NCBI RefSeq assembly: GCF_000007225.1
Contig: NC_003364.1
Span: 1,680,001-1,712,000 of the forward strand
DNA length: 32,000 bases
DNA from: Pyrobaculum aerophilum str. IM2
GTDB taxonomy: Archaea > Thermoproteota > Thermoprotei > Thermoproteales > Thermoproteaceae
Reading direction: 5' to 3'
Made by a program: the position numbers and the translations under genes. This document shows, piece after piece, positions 23,565 through 31,510 of the stretch; positions within the stretch are counted from its first letter, which is position 1; the number at the start of each line of letters is the position of its first letter. The notes beneath the pieces were generated by a model that saw only the letters and a program-made list of their open reading frames with translations, searched no databases and was not told the origin of the DNA.

Positions 23565-24560
23565 CTATGTGTTTATATATTTAATGTAGGGGAGGATTAG
23601 GTGTTCGTGTACTTGTCGCGGCGGTATGTTAAGCTTAACCGAATACTGGCCAAGCGGCGTGCCGCCGAGTTTAGTCAGCTCGTACGCGGCTAGCCCGACG
23701 ACGCAACTGCCCTGTCCGCATCTAACTACGATTTTATACGGCGGAGGGGGGTATATGTGAGCTATTAACGTCCCCCGGCTGTAATAGCTCCTGACCTCCA
23801 CCGCCATTCGCCCCGCCTCTACCACTGGGATGAAAGTCCTGGGGTGGAAGTTCTTAGCCCCCACTTTGGCCGCCTCAACGGCCTCTTGTACGGACAACAG
23901 CGGCAATACATAGGCCTCTTGCACCTCCCTGGGATCGGCCGTCATTACGCCTGGGGAGTCTGTGACTAAGGACACTTTCCTAGCCCCCAGCTCTTTGCCT
24001 ATATAAGTGGCCGTATAGTCGCTGCCGCCCCTCCCCACTGTGGTGAACCTGCCCTCTTTATCCCTTCCAATAAAGCCGGTGACGACAGCCACAGCGTCTG
24101 GCCGTGACATCTCCTCCTTATGCTCCAGCGCAATTGGCTCGGCGTTTCCGTAATTGCTATCTGTGAGCATCGGCGCGATGAAGAGCTTGGCCTCAATCCC
24201 CATTTTCTCAAGAACTGCGTGTAGCATTGTTGCTGAGAGCCTCTCGCCAAATGACGCGAAGTAGTCCGCAGACCACGGCGCGTGCGGAAGCCTTAGGGCG
24301 TACTCAAGCTCTTTTAACAAGGGGGCGATCCTCTCCTCCACCCCCAGCCCTCTGGCGATAGAGATGTGCCTATGTGCCAACTCCTCGTATAGCAAATAGC
24401 TCCTAGTTTTTTCAAGTTGTAACAATAAATCCGTCACGCCCTTTACCGCGGACACCACCACCACGGGGGGTTCGCTGTAAGCGGCTACAAAGTGGGCTGC
24501 TTGCACGAAGTCCGCGGCGGAGCGTAGGAGAGAGCCGCCTATTTTTACCACTGGTTTCAT
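23565..24560 (-). CDS. Aspartate kinase, short form (331 aa)
   Basis: Amino-acid kinase fold: VVKIGGSLL, VVVSAVKGVTD, RGGSDYTA and VMTADPR. Only about 60 aa follow the kinase domain. ATGA overlap with the thrC stop codon. Confidence 0.85.
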   Translation of the reverse strand: MKPVVKIGGSLLRSAADFVQAAHFVAAYSEPPVVVVSAVKGVTDLLLQLEKTRSYLLYEELAHRHISIARGLGVEERIAPLLKELEYALRLPHAPWSADYFASFGERLSATMLHAVLEKMGIEAKLFIAPMLTDSNYGNAEPIALEHKEEMSRPDAVAVVTGFIGRDKEGRFTTVGRGGSDYTATYIGKELGARKVSLVTDSPGVMTADPREVQEAYVLPLLSVQEAVEAAKVGAKNFHPRTFIPVVEAGRMAVEVRSYYSRGTLIAHIYPPPPYKIVVRCGQGSCVVGLAAYELTKLGGTPLGQYSVKLNIPPRQVHEHLILPYIKYINT

Positions 24561-25704
24561 TTTTCCAAAAGCTCTATCAGCTCGTCTGCATTTCTCACCT
24601 CCTTCGCTGTTATTTCTATAACGTCGGGGTCTTTCAGCGCATGGCCGGTTACCACGGCCACGGCTACTCCCCCTATATTTAATTTAATCGCCGCGGCTAT
24701 TGACGCGGCGCCCGCGGGCTCCGCCCCTATGCCGTCGCGAGTTGCCAAGAGCCTCTGCGCCTTTAATATCTCCCCGTCAGACACTTTTACGAAAAAGCCT
24801 CCTGACTCCTTCACGGCCCTCAGCGCCTTGGGCCAGTTTATAGGCCTGCCGATTTTAATTGCCGTCGCCACTGTGTTAGGCTCGTCTACAAAAAGCGGCT
24901 CCTCCACGCCGCGGGCCCAGGCCTCGACAAGCGGCGCCGCGCCCTCCGCCTGGACGCCCACCATTTTCGGCAGTTTATTACAAAGCCCCAGCTCGGCGAG
25001 TTCCCTAAACCCCTTCCATATAGCCGAGATATTCCCCGCGTTTCCCACTGGCACTATTACGTAGTCCGGACACCCCAGCTCTTCGTATATCTCAAAGGCC
25101 ACGGTCTTCTGCCCCTCCAGCCTCCACGGGTTAAAGCTGTTTAGAGGATATGCGTATTTTGTCCCGTAGTTAACCACGTAGTCAAGCGCCTTATCAAATA
25201 GGCCGTTTATCATAACAAGCTCAGCGCCGTGTAACGCCGCTTGTATTAACTTCCCCCTGGCCACATTGCCCTTGGGCAAAACTACATAACACCTAAGCCC
25301 AGCCCTAGCGGCGTAAGCCGCCGCAGAGGCCGCCGTGTTGCCAGTAGACGCCACGACGACTTTATTGGCGCCGCTCTCCTTGGCCACAGTCACGCCGAGG
25401 GCCATTCCCCGGTCTTTAAAACTTCCAGTTGGGTTAGCCCCTTCAAATTTTACATACAGATTCTCCGCCAGATTGGATTTCACCAGGGGGGTCCTCCCCT
25501 CTCCCAGGGATATCCCGCTTTTAAGAGGCAACATTGTTGAATAACGCCAGATCCCGTTGCCCTTTGGGGCCCAGACTTTATTACGAACTTCCACTTCAAG
25601 CAAGCCGCCACATTTAGGACATCTATATAGCCGGTAATCTGGGGCAAACCTCTCGCCGCAAGTTATACACTTAAGGCGTACATCGTCCCCGAAATCCCCG
25701 CCAT
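24557..25704 (-). CDS. thrC: Threonine synthase with an N-terminal zinc ribbon; the body frame has no start before TTG 25603, and the only upstream ATG (25704) is in the frame 1 nt downstream
   Basis: PLP-lysine block GANPTGSFKDRG and full-length TS similarity. The Zn ribbon LKCITCGERFAPDYRLYRCPKCGG is encoded in-frame upstream of the track start. ATG 25704 lies 18 nt after ATTATATATA. Confidence 0.85.
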
Positions 25705-25722
25705 GGCCTAAAAATGTTGAGG

Positions 25723-25759
25723 TATATATAATCTTTTTGCAGAAGAAAAACTTATATAG
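25723..25759. promoter_or_regulatory. Back-to-back divergent BRE/TATA elements for thrC (minus) and the lysX-like operon (plus)
   Basis: Minus strand: GCAAAAAG-ATTATATATA, then 18 nt, then ATG 25704. Plus strand: GAAGAAAAA-CTTATATA, then 19 nt, then ATG 25778. Confidence 0.55.
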
Positions 25760-25777
25760 AGGTTAAATGAGGGTGGC

Positions 25778-26451
25778 ATGGATCTGGGGCCAGAGGGGAA
25801 AGTGGGGCGATTTACGTCGTTACAGACAGCCCCACTGTATATGACAAGGTAATAGTTGACGCCCTATCCTCTAAAGGAAAAAGGGCATCTATTCTCAATG
25901 TCTCCGAAATTCCTGTCTATAAAATACGCGGAACAGCGCTACTCCGGCTGAGCAATCCGTACGCCGCGGTGATTTACGGCCAAGTTGCCGAGGCGAGTAT
26001 AAACCCGCCTGAGGCGATATCCTCAGCCTTAAATAGACTCGCTTGGATTTCTAAATTCGGCCCCCCTCACGTGATAATCTCCACGGACTATTCTGTGGAA
26101 AAAGTGGAGCTTGAAAGGCCGTGGTTTTTAATGACTGCTTGGAGGCTCGAAATAGACGGCTCTGTCACCAGCGTAGAGGGGGCGAGGAGCGTGTTAGAAC
26201 ACAGGATGTACATGAAAAACCCGCTATCTAAAGTCTCCTTAGTCGTTCCCAAGCCTCACAGAACGATATCTGTTTTCGCCACAGTGAAAAACGCCACCGG
26301 CCTCGTGTCTGAGGTGTTGAGCCACTTGGGCCTTTTATATGCGAGAGTAGTGCTGGGGGACTACGGCGGGAGACATTTCGTAATAGACGTCGACCCGGTG
26401 CCGAGGCTTGAAAACAAAGAAGAGGCTCTGGCGGTGGCGGAGTTGTTATGA
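25778..26451 (+). CDS. Divergent LysX/ArgX-like ATP-grasp homolog; the body frame lacks a start before GTG 25969, and ATG 25778 is in the frame 1 nt downstream
   Basis: The body frame, open from 25771, reads GAIYVVTDSPTVYDKVIVDALSSKG...INPPEAISSALNRLAWISKF...HRTISVFATV...GGRHFVIDVDPVPRLEN. This is collinear with LysX/RimK-type ATP-grasp proteins but about 60 aa shorter. ATGA overlap with argC. Confidence 0.55.
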
Positions 26452-27503
26452 AAGTCTGTATTATAGGAGCGTCGGGCTTTGTGGGCGGGGAGCTTTTGAG
26501 AATACTCTTGCAACACAGCGGCGTGGAGGTGGTCTGTGCCACTTCTAGAAGATTTAAGGGGGAGTATGTATACAGAGTTCACCCCAATCTGAGGGGGTTC
26601 ACCCAGTTGAAATTCGTAGAGCCCTCAATAGACGCGGCGTTGAAAGCCGATGTGGTATTCCTCGCGTTGCCGCACGGTGAGTCTGTCAAATGGGTCCCTA
26701 AGCTCTACGAGTCTGGCGTCGCGGTTTTTGACCTCAGCGCGGACTTCAGGCTGAAAGACCCCAACGCATATGTGGAGTGGTATAAGTGGCCGCAGCCTCA
26801 CCCCTATCCTGACCTTTTACAAAAAGCTGTGTACGGCCAGCCGGAGCTACACAGAAGCGAACTAGTAGGGGCTAAGCTCGTGGCAGTGCCCGGCTGTATG
26901 GCAACGGCGTCTATATTAATGCTGGCGCCTTTAGCTAAACACGGCTTGTTGGGAGAGACGCCGCCTGTGATAGACGCCAAAATTGGATCAAGCGGGGCTG
27001 GGGCTGAGGGGTCAGTGGTAGATCTCCACAGCTTTAGGACATATGTAGTGAGGCCCTACGAGCCCGTGCACCACCGCCACATAGCCGAAATTGAGCAAGA
27101 GCTCAGCCTCCTCGCGGGGAAAAGAGTTAAAGTGGCCTTCACCCCGCACGCAGTCGATATGGTCAGGGGGATTTTCGCCACAGGCCACGTCTTTGTGGAA
27201 AAAATGCCCACTGAGGCCGACATGTGGAAAATGTATAGATCTATGTACGGAGATTCTAAATTTATACGTATTGTAAAGGACAGATTGGGGATTTCCAGGT
27301 ATCCAAATGTAAAATACGTACTGGGTTCTAATTTTGTAGATATAGGCTTTGAGTTAGACCAGAGGCTTAATAGGCTGGTGACCTTCTCGGCTATAGACAA
27401 TTTAGTGAGGGGTGCCGCCGGGCAGGCAGTACAGGCTTTTAACGTGGCAATGGGCTTTCCCGAGGACGAGGGCCTTAGGTACATACCGCTGGCGCCAGTA
27501 TGA
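26448..27503 (+). CDS. argC: N-acetyl-gamma-glutamyl-phosphate reductase family enzyme (ArgC/LysY)
   Basis: [18 protein letters not shown] Rossmann motif, active-site PGCMATA, and C-terminal [13 protein letters not shown]. Confidence 0.9.
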   Translation: MKVCIIGASGFVGGELLRILLQHSGVEVVCATSRRFKGEYVYRVHPNLRGFTQLKFVEPSIDAALKADVVFLALPHGESVKWVPKLYESGVAVFDLSADFRLKDPNAYVEWYKWPQPHPYPDLLQKAVYGQPELHRSELVGAKLVAVPGCMATASILMLAPLAKHGLLGETPPVIDAKIGSSGAGAEGSVVDLHSFRTYVVRPYEPVHHRHIAEIEQELSLLAGKRVKVAFTPHAVDMVRGIFATGHVFVEKMPTEADMWKMYRSMYGDSKFIRIVKDRLGISRYPNVKYVLGSNFVDIGFELDQRLNRLVTFSAIDNLVRGAAGQAVQAFNVAMGFPEDEGLRYIPLAPV

Positions 27504-28285
27504 TCGTCGTAAAAATTGGAGGATCGGTAGTGTGTAAAGACGCCTCAAAAGTTATTCAAAACCTCCCTAAATACGCAGATAGGGCTGTTGTTATACACGG
27601 AGGGGGGTGTCTGGTGAATGAGTTGTTAAAAAGAATGGGAATAGAGCCGAAGTTCTTGACGCACCCAGGCGGGCTTGTGAGCAGATATACCGACTGGGAG
27701 ACTTTGAAAGTCTTTGTAATGGCTATGGGCTGGATTAATAAATACATCGTCGCCTCTTTACACGGCCTCGGAGTCCAAGCCCTTGGCCTCACGGGGGCTG
27801 ATCTCGGCGTGGTAGTGGCCAAGCGCAAGGAGAGGGTTTTAGTTATCGACGAGAGGGGGAGGCAGAGGGTTGTGGACGGGGGATACGTGGGGAAAATCGC
27901 TGAAATACGCGTTGACAAATTAACGCCGCCTCCGCTGAAAGTCCTGGCCCCAGTAGCCGTGTCAGAAAAGGGAGAGCTTTTAAACATCGACGGGGACCAA
28001 CTGGCCTTTGACGTAGCGAGGGAGGCGAAGGCGGAGAGGCTTATTCTACTCAGCGACGTGGAAGGCCTCATCCTCGGGGGAAAAGTAGTGCCGCGCCTCA
28101 CACCTGAAGAGGCGGAGAAACTCGTAAAAAGCGAAGAGGTTAGGGGCGGCATGAAGAGAAAACTCCTCATGGCCTCTGAAGCGGCCAAGTTGGGAATTGA
28201 AGTAGTTATATCAAGCGGCCTGGTTGATTCCCCAATAGATGCGGCTCTTAACGGCGCTGGAACTCACATCATTAAAAACATATAG
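27500..28285 (+). CDS. argB: Acetylglutamate kinase family enzyme (ArgB/LysZ)
   Basis: [26 protein letters not shown] and GGMKRKL motifs. ATGA overlap with argC. Confidence 0.9.
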   Translation: MIVVKIGGSVVCKDASKVIQNLPKYADRAVVIHGGGCLVNELLKRMGIEPKFLTHPGGLVSRYTDWETLKVFVMAMGWINKYIVASLHGLGVQALGLTGADLGVVVAKRKERVLVIDERGRQRVVDGGYVGKIAEIRVDKLTPPPLKVLAPVAVSEKGELLNIDGDQLAFDVAREAKAERLILLSDVEGLILGGKVVPRLTPEEAEKLVKSEEVRGGMKRKLLMASEAAKLGIEVVISSGLVDSPIDAALNGAGTHIIKNI

Positions 28286-28355
28286 TACTTTATACAAGTT
28301 TTTAAAGAATATTAATAGAGAGTAAAGTTTATATACTAGTCTAAAATTTCTCTTT

Positions 28356-28541
28356 ATGGCAACCCAAAAACTAGTGGTTCAGTGCAAGGTGTGCGGAACG
28401 GAGTTTGAACTCCCCGAGGACGTCATGGACGGGGAAATTGCCAGTTGTCCCACATGCGGAGCCCGTTATATTGTGAGACTTAAAGGCGGGTCTGTCACGT
28501 TGGAGGAGTTTAAGGGAGATGTGGAGGACTATGGAGAGTAA
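28356..28541 (+). CDS. lysW: LysW-type amino-group carrier protein (61 aa)
   Basis: Zinc ribbon CKVCG...CPTCG plus the acidic C-terminal tail EDYGE (canonical EDWGE). ATG about 19 nt after GTTTATATAC. Confidence 0.85.
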   Translation: MATQKLVVQCKVCGTEFELPEDVMDGEIASCPTCGARYIVRLKGGSVTLEEFKGDVEDYGE

Positions 28542-29735
28542 GTCGGGGCGAGCAAGATAGTACTGGCCTACTCCGGAGGCCTAGACACCACAGTTGCAGT
28601 TAAGTGGCTCTCTGAGAAATTCGGCGCCGAGGTCTACACCGTTACAGTAGACGTTGGGCAAGAAGACGACTTTTCAAAAATAGAGGAGAGAGCTTATAAA
28701 GCGGGGGCTGTTCAACATTTTTACATAGACGCTAAGAGGGAATTTGCCGAGGAGTACATAGCCAGGGCGATATTAATGAACGGCATGTACGAGGGAGTAT
28801 ACCCCCTGGGCACTGCCCTAGCCAGGCCTCTAATTGCGGCGAAAGTCGTTGAGGTTGCCCGGAGGCTGGGGGCCGACGCGGTGGCGCACGGCTCCACTAG
28901 TAAGGGCAATGACCAGGTTAGATTCGACGTTACTGTAAAGGCCCTGGCGCCCGACCTCAAGATAATCGCGCCGGCCAGGATCTGGGGAATGACGAGGGCT
29001 GAGGAAATCGAATACGCCAAACGCCACGGCTTGCCAGTGGGCGAGGAGCATAAAAAGTACAGCATAGACGACAACCTCTGGTCTAGGTCAATAGAGGGGG
29101 GACCTATCGACGACCCCCTTGCAGAGCCCCCTGAAGATGCATTCAAATGGACGGTGTCTCCCGACAAAGCGCCGCACGACCCCACTTATTTAACTATCGA
29201 ATTTGAGAAGGGGCTCCCCGTGGCAGTGAACGGAGAGAAGATGAGCCTCGCGTCCATTATTTCATTGCTCAACCACGTCGGGGGCGCTAACGGCGTGGGG
29301 AGAATCGACCACATTGAGAACAGACTAGTGGGGTTTAAAAGCCGGGAGGTATACGAGGCCCCTGCGGCTGTTATACTCTATCACGCCCATAGAGACTTGG
29401 AAAAAATGGTCTTAACGCCTAGGGAGCTTCGCTTTAAGCACTACGTCCTAGACCCCCAGTGGGCTGACTTAGTCTACCAGGGCCTCTGGGTAGAGCCCCT
29501 CCGCAACGCCCTGGAGAAAGCCGCTGAGGAAATGGAGAGGTGGGTAAGCGGGGAAGTGAGAGTGAAGTTGTACAAGGGGTCTTTGTGGGTGGTGGGAAGG
29601 GAGTCTCCTTACGGCGGGTATAGCAAAGAGTTAGCCGATTACAGCGCCGGGTGGTATCCAAGCGACGAGGAGGCCAGGGGGTTTATTGAGATGTGGAGCC
29701 TCCACTCCCTCACAGCCCTCCGCCGTAGAAAATAG
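28531..29735 (+). CDS. argG: Argininosuccinate synthase; the enzyme frame is open from 28542 but has no canonical start before 28776, and ATG 28531 is in the frame 1 nt downstream
   Basis: The in-frame N-terminus [20 protein letters not shown] (ATP pyrophosphatase motif) is encoded at 28551 onward, upstream of the track start. [12 protein letters not shown] and the rest are intact. GGAGG lies 3 nt before ATG 28531, which overlaps the lysW end. Confidence 0.85.
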
Positions 29736-29783
29736 TCTATATAATTAGAATAAGGTTTTATATTGTATGTTTTTCTAGGGGCG

Positions 29784-29939
29784 ATGGGGCAAAGAACTGT
29801 GGTGTGTCCAAATTGCAAAAAACCGGTGAAACCCGTGGAGTGTAACAGAAAAAACCAAACGAGGCGCTACGTGGTTATTACCTACTGCTGTCCTAAATGC
29901 GGAACAGAACTATTAACTGAGAGGGTTGAGGTACACTAA
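29784..29939 (+). CDS. Small basic zinc-ribbon protein (51 aa), not in the ORF track
   Basis: MGQRTVVCPNCKKPVKPVECNRKNQTRRYVVITYCCPKCGTELLTERVEVH. CPNC..CPKC knuckles. ATG 18 nt after GGTTTTATATTG. The stop TAA overlaps the argH ATG (TAATG). Confidence 0.5.
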   Translation: MGQRTVVCPNCKKPVKPVECNRKNQTRRYVVITYCCPKCGTELLTERVEVH

Positions 29940-31228
29940 TGAGTTTTTACAGATCTTGGATAGGGGGGACGGGGGATTTAGTTAAGAAGTACACTTCTAG
30001 CATTAAAGACGACGTGGAACTTGCGGAGGAGGTTGTGAGAGTTATGAAGGGCCACGTGGCCCACCTCGTGGAGATAGGGTCTATTCCAAAAGAGGCGGGG
30101 GAGAGGATAATAAAGGCATTAGAGGAGGTAGACGCCTCTGAGCTACTTAAGGAGGAGTTTGAAGACGTCCACGAGGCGTTAGAAAAGTGGCTGATAGACA
30201 AACTGGGGGAGGAGATAGGGGGCTGGGTGGGCCTCGGCAGGTCTCGTAATGATCACGTCGCCGCGGCAATTCGGCTTGCCGCGTTAAGAAAGACGGAAAG
30301 ACTGAAGGAAGAGGCGTGTAGGCTCAGATGCGCCTTGGCTAAGAGGGCCCTGGAATACGCCGATTGCCCCATGCCGAGTTTTACGCACTTCCAGCCGGCC
30401 CAGGTGATTACCTTTGGCCACTACCTCTTGGCCATAGACGAGCTCTTGGCAGAGTTTTTACACATATTACGAGGAGTAGAGGATTTGTTAAACCGCTCTC
30501 CCCTCGGAGCGGGCCCAGCCGGGGGGGTGAGGACGCCGTTAGACCGCCGCAGGCTGGCGGAGCTAGTTGGGTTTAAAGAGGTTGTTGAAAACGCCTTATA
30601 CGCCTCAGGCAGCCGCTTTTTCGCCTTAGCGCTAGCCTCGGCGGTGGTTTCTTTTCTCGCCGAGCTGTCGCGGGCGGTAGACGATTTTATTAGGTGGAAC
30701 AGCCCGGTAGTTGGGTACGTGAACTCCCCTGATAGTCACGTGTCAACTAGTAGCATAATGCCTCATAAACGCAATCTCGTGACTCTTGAAGTGTTGCGGG
30801 CTAGAATTGCCGAGGCGCTTGGCCACTTCGCCGCAATGAGCGCCTTAGTGATGAAAGTGGGAATGGGCTACAGCTTAGATCTCCAAGAGGCAACCCGCCA
30901 CCTTTGGGCTGTTTTGAACATCGCCACTGAGGGCATGGCCGTGTTTAGAGATTTCATAGAGAACATGGCGTTTAACTGCGAGAAATCCCGTAAAGACGCC
31001 GAGGCCTACTTTACAACTTCCTCAGATACGGCGGAGGACGAGGCCCTTAAAGGAGTGCCTTTTAGAAAGGCGTATTTCCAGCTGGCAAGCGCCATTAAGG
31101 CCGGGACTGCCAGACTGCTGACAATTAATGAGGCATTGAAGAGGCCCGTTTATGGGTCTGCCAACACCGAGGAGGTGAAACGCGCCGCGTCGAGGAGATT
31201 AGCCCTTTGCAGGCCCAAGCCTCTCTAA
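29939..31228 (+). CDS. argH: Argininosuccinate lyase
   Basis: GRSRNDHVAAA and SSIMPHKRN fumarate-lyase signature blocks, 429 aa. Confidence 0.9.
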   Translation: MSFYRSWIGGTGDLVKKYTSSIKDDVELAEEVVRVMKGHVAHLVEIGSIPKEAGERIIKALEEVDASELLKEEFEDVHEALEKWLIDKLGEEIGGWVGLGRSRNDHVAAAIRLAALRKTERLKEEACRLRCALAKRALEYADCPMPSFTHFQPAQVITFGHYLLAIDELLAEFLHILRGVEDLLNRSPLGAGPAGGVRTPLDRRRLAELVGFKEVVENALYASGSRFFALALASAVVSFLAELSRAVDDFIRWNSPVVGYVNSPDSHVSTSSIMPHKRNLVTLEVLRARIAEALGHFAAMSALVMKVGMGYSLDLQEATRHLWAVLNIATEGMAVFRDFIENMAFNCEKSRKDAEAYFTTSSDTAEDEALKGVPFRKAYFQLASAIKAGTARLLTINEALKRPVYGSANTEEVKRAASRRLALCRPKPL

Positions 31229-31510
31229 CAGCGCGTCTACTTCAGCCACCGCCTCCTCTTCGCCGCCGCACTCCACTAATTGCACCTTGGCATAACCGGG
31301 TTTCCCATCCACCTCCTTGACGCATAACACGACTCCTCTCCTAGTGGGGTGAGTTACCACGTCGATATACGCCCTGGCTATTCCGGCGGCTAAAGCCTCT
31401 GTCAGCAACACGGCCTTCCCGTCGTCGAAAAAGAGAATCATTCTCAAATGTCTGTGTCCAGTTGGTATAGCCGCCACTACTTTAACTAGCCTCCCGCCTT
31501 GCGACTCCAT
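31199..31510 (-). CDS. Hypothetical protein (103 aa)
   Basis: ORF with normal composition. Convergent 30-nt overlap with the argH 3' end, and it overlaps the upstream membrane gene by 29 nt. No family recognised. Confidence 0.4.
   Translation of the reverse strand: MESQGGRLVKVVAAIPTGHRHLRMILFFDDGKAVLLTEALAAGIARAYIDVVTHPTRRGVVLCVKEVDGKPGYAKVQLVECGGEEEAVAEVDALLERLGPAKG

Noticed and set aside
28356-29735. lysW and argG are in the same reading frame, separated only by TAA 28539-41, which suggests a stop-codon read-through LysW-ArgG fusion.
   Set aside because: LysW-type carriers need a free C-terminal Glu to carry the substrate, so a fusion would destroy that function. An SD-preceded ATG at 28531 plus a G4 tract gives a simpler route into the argG frame.
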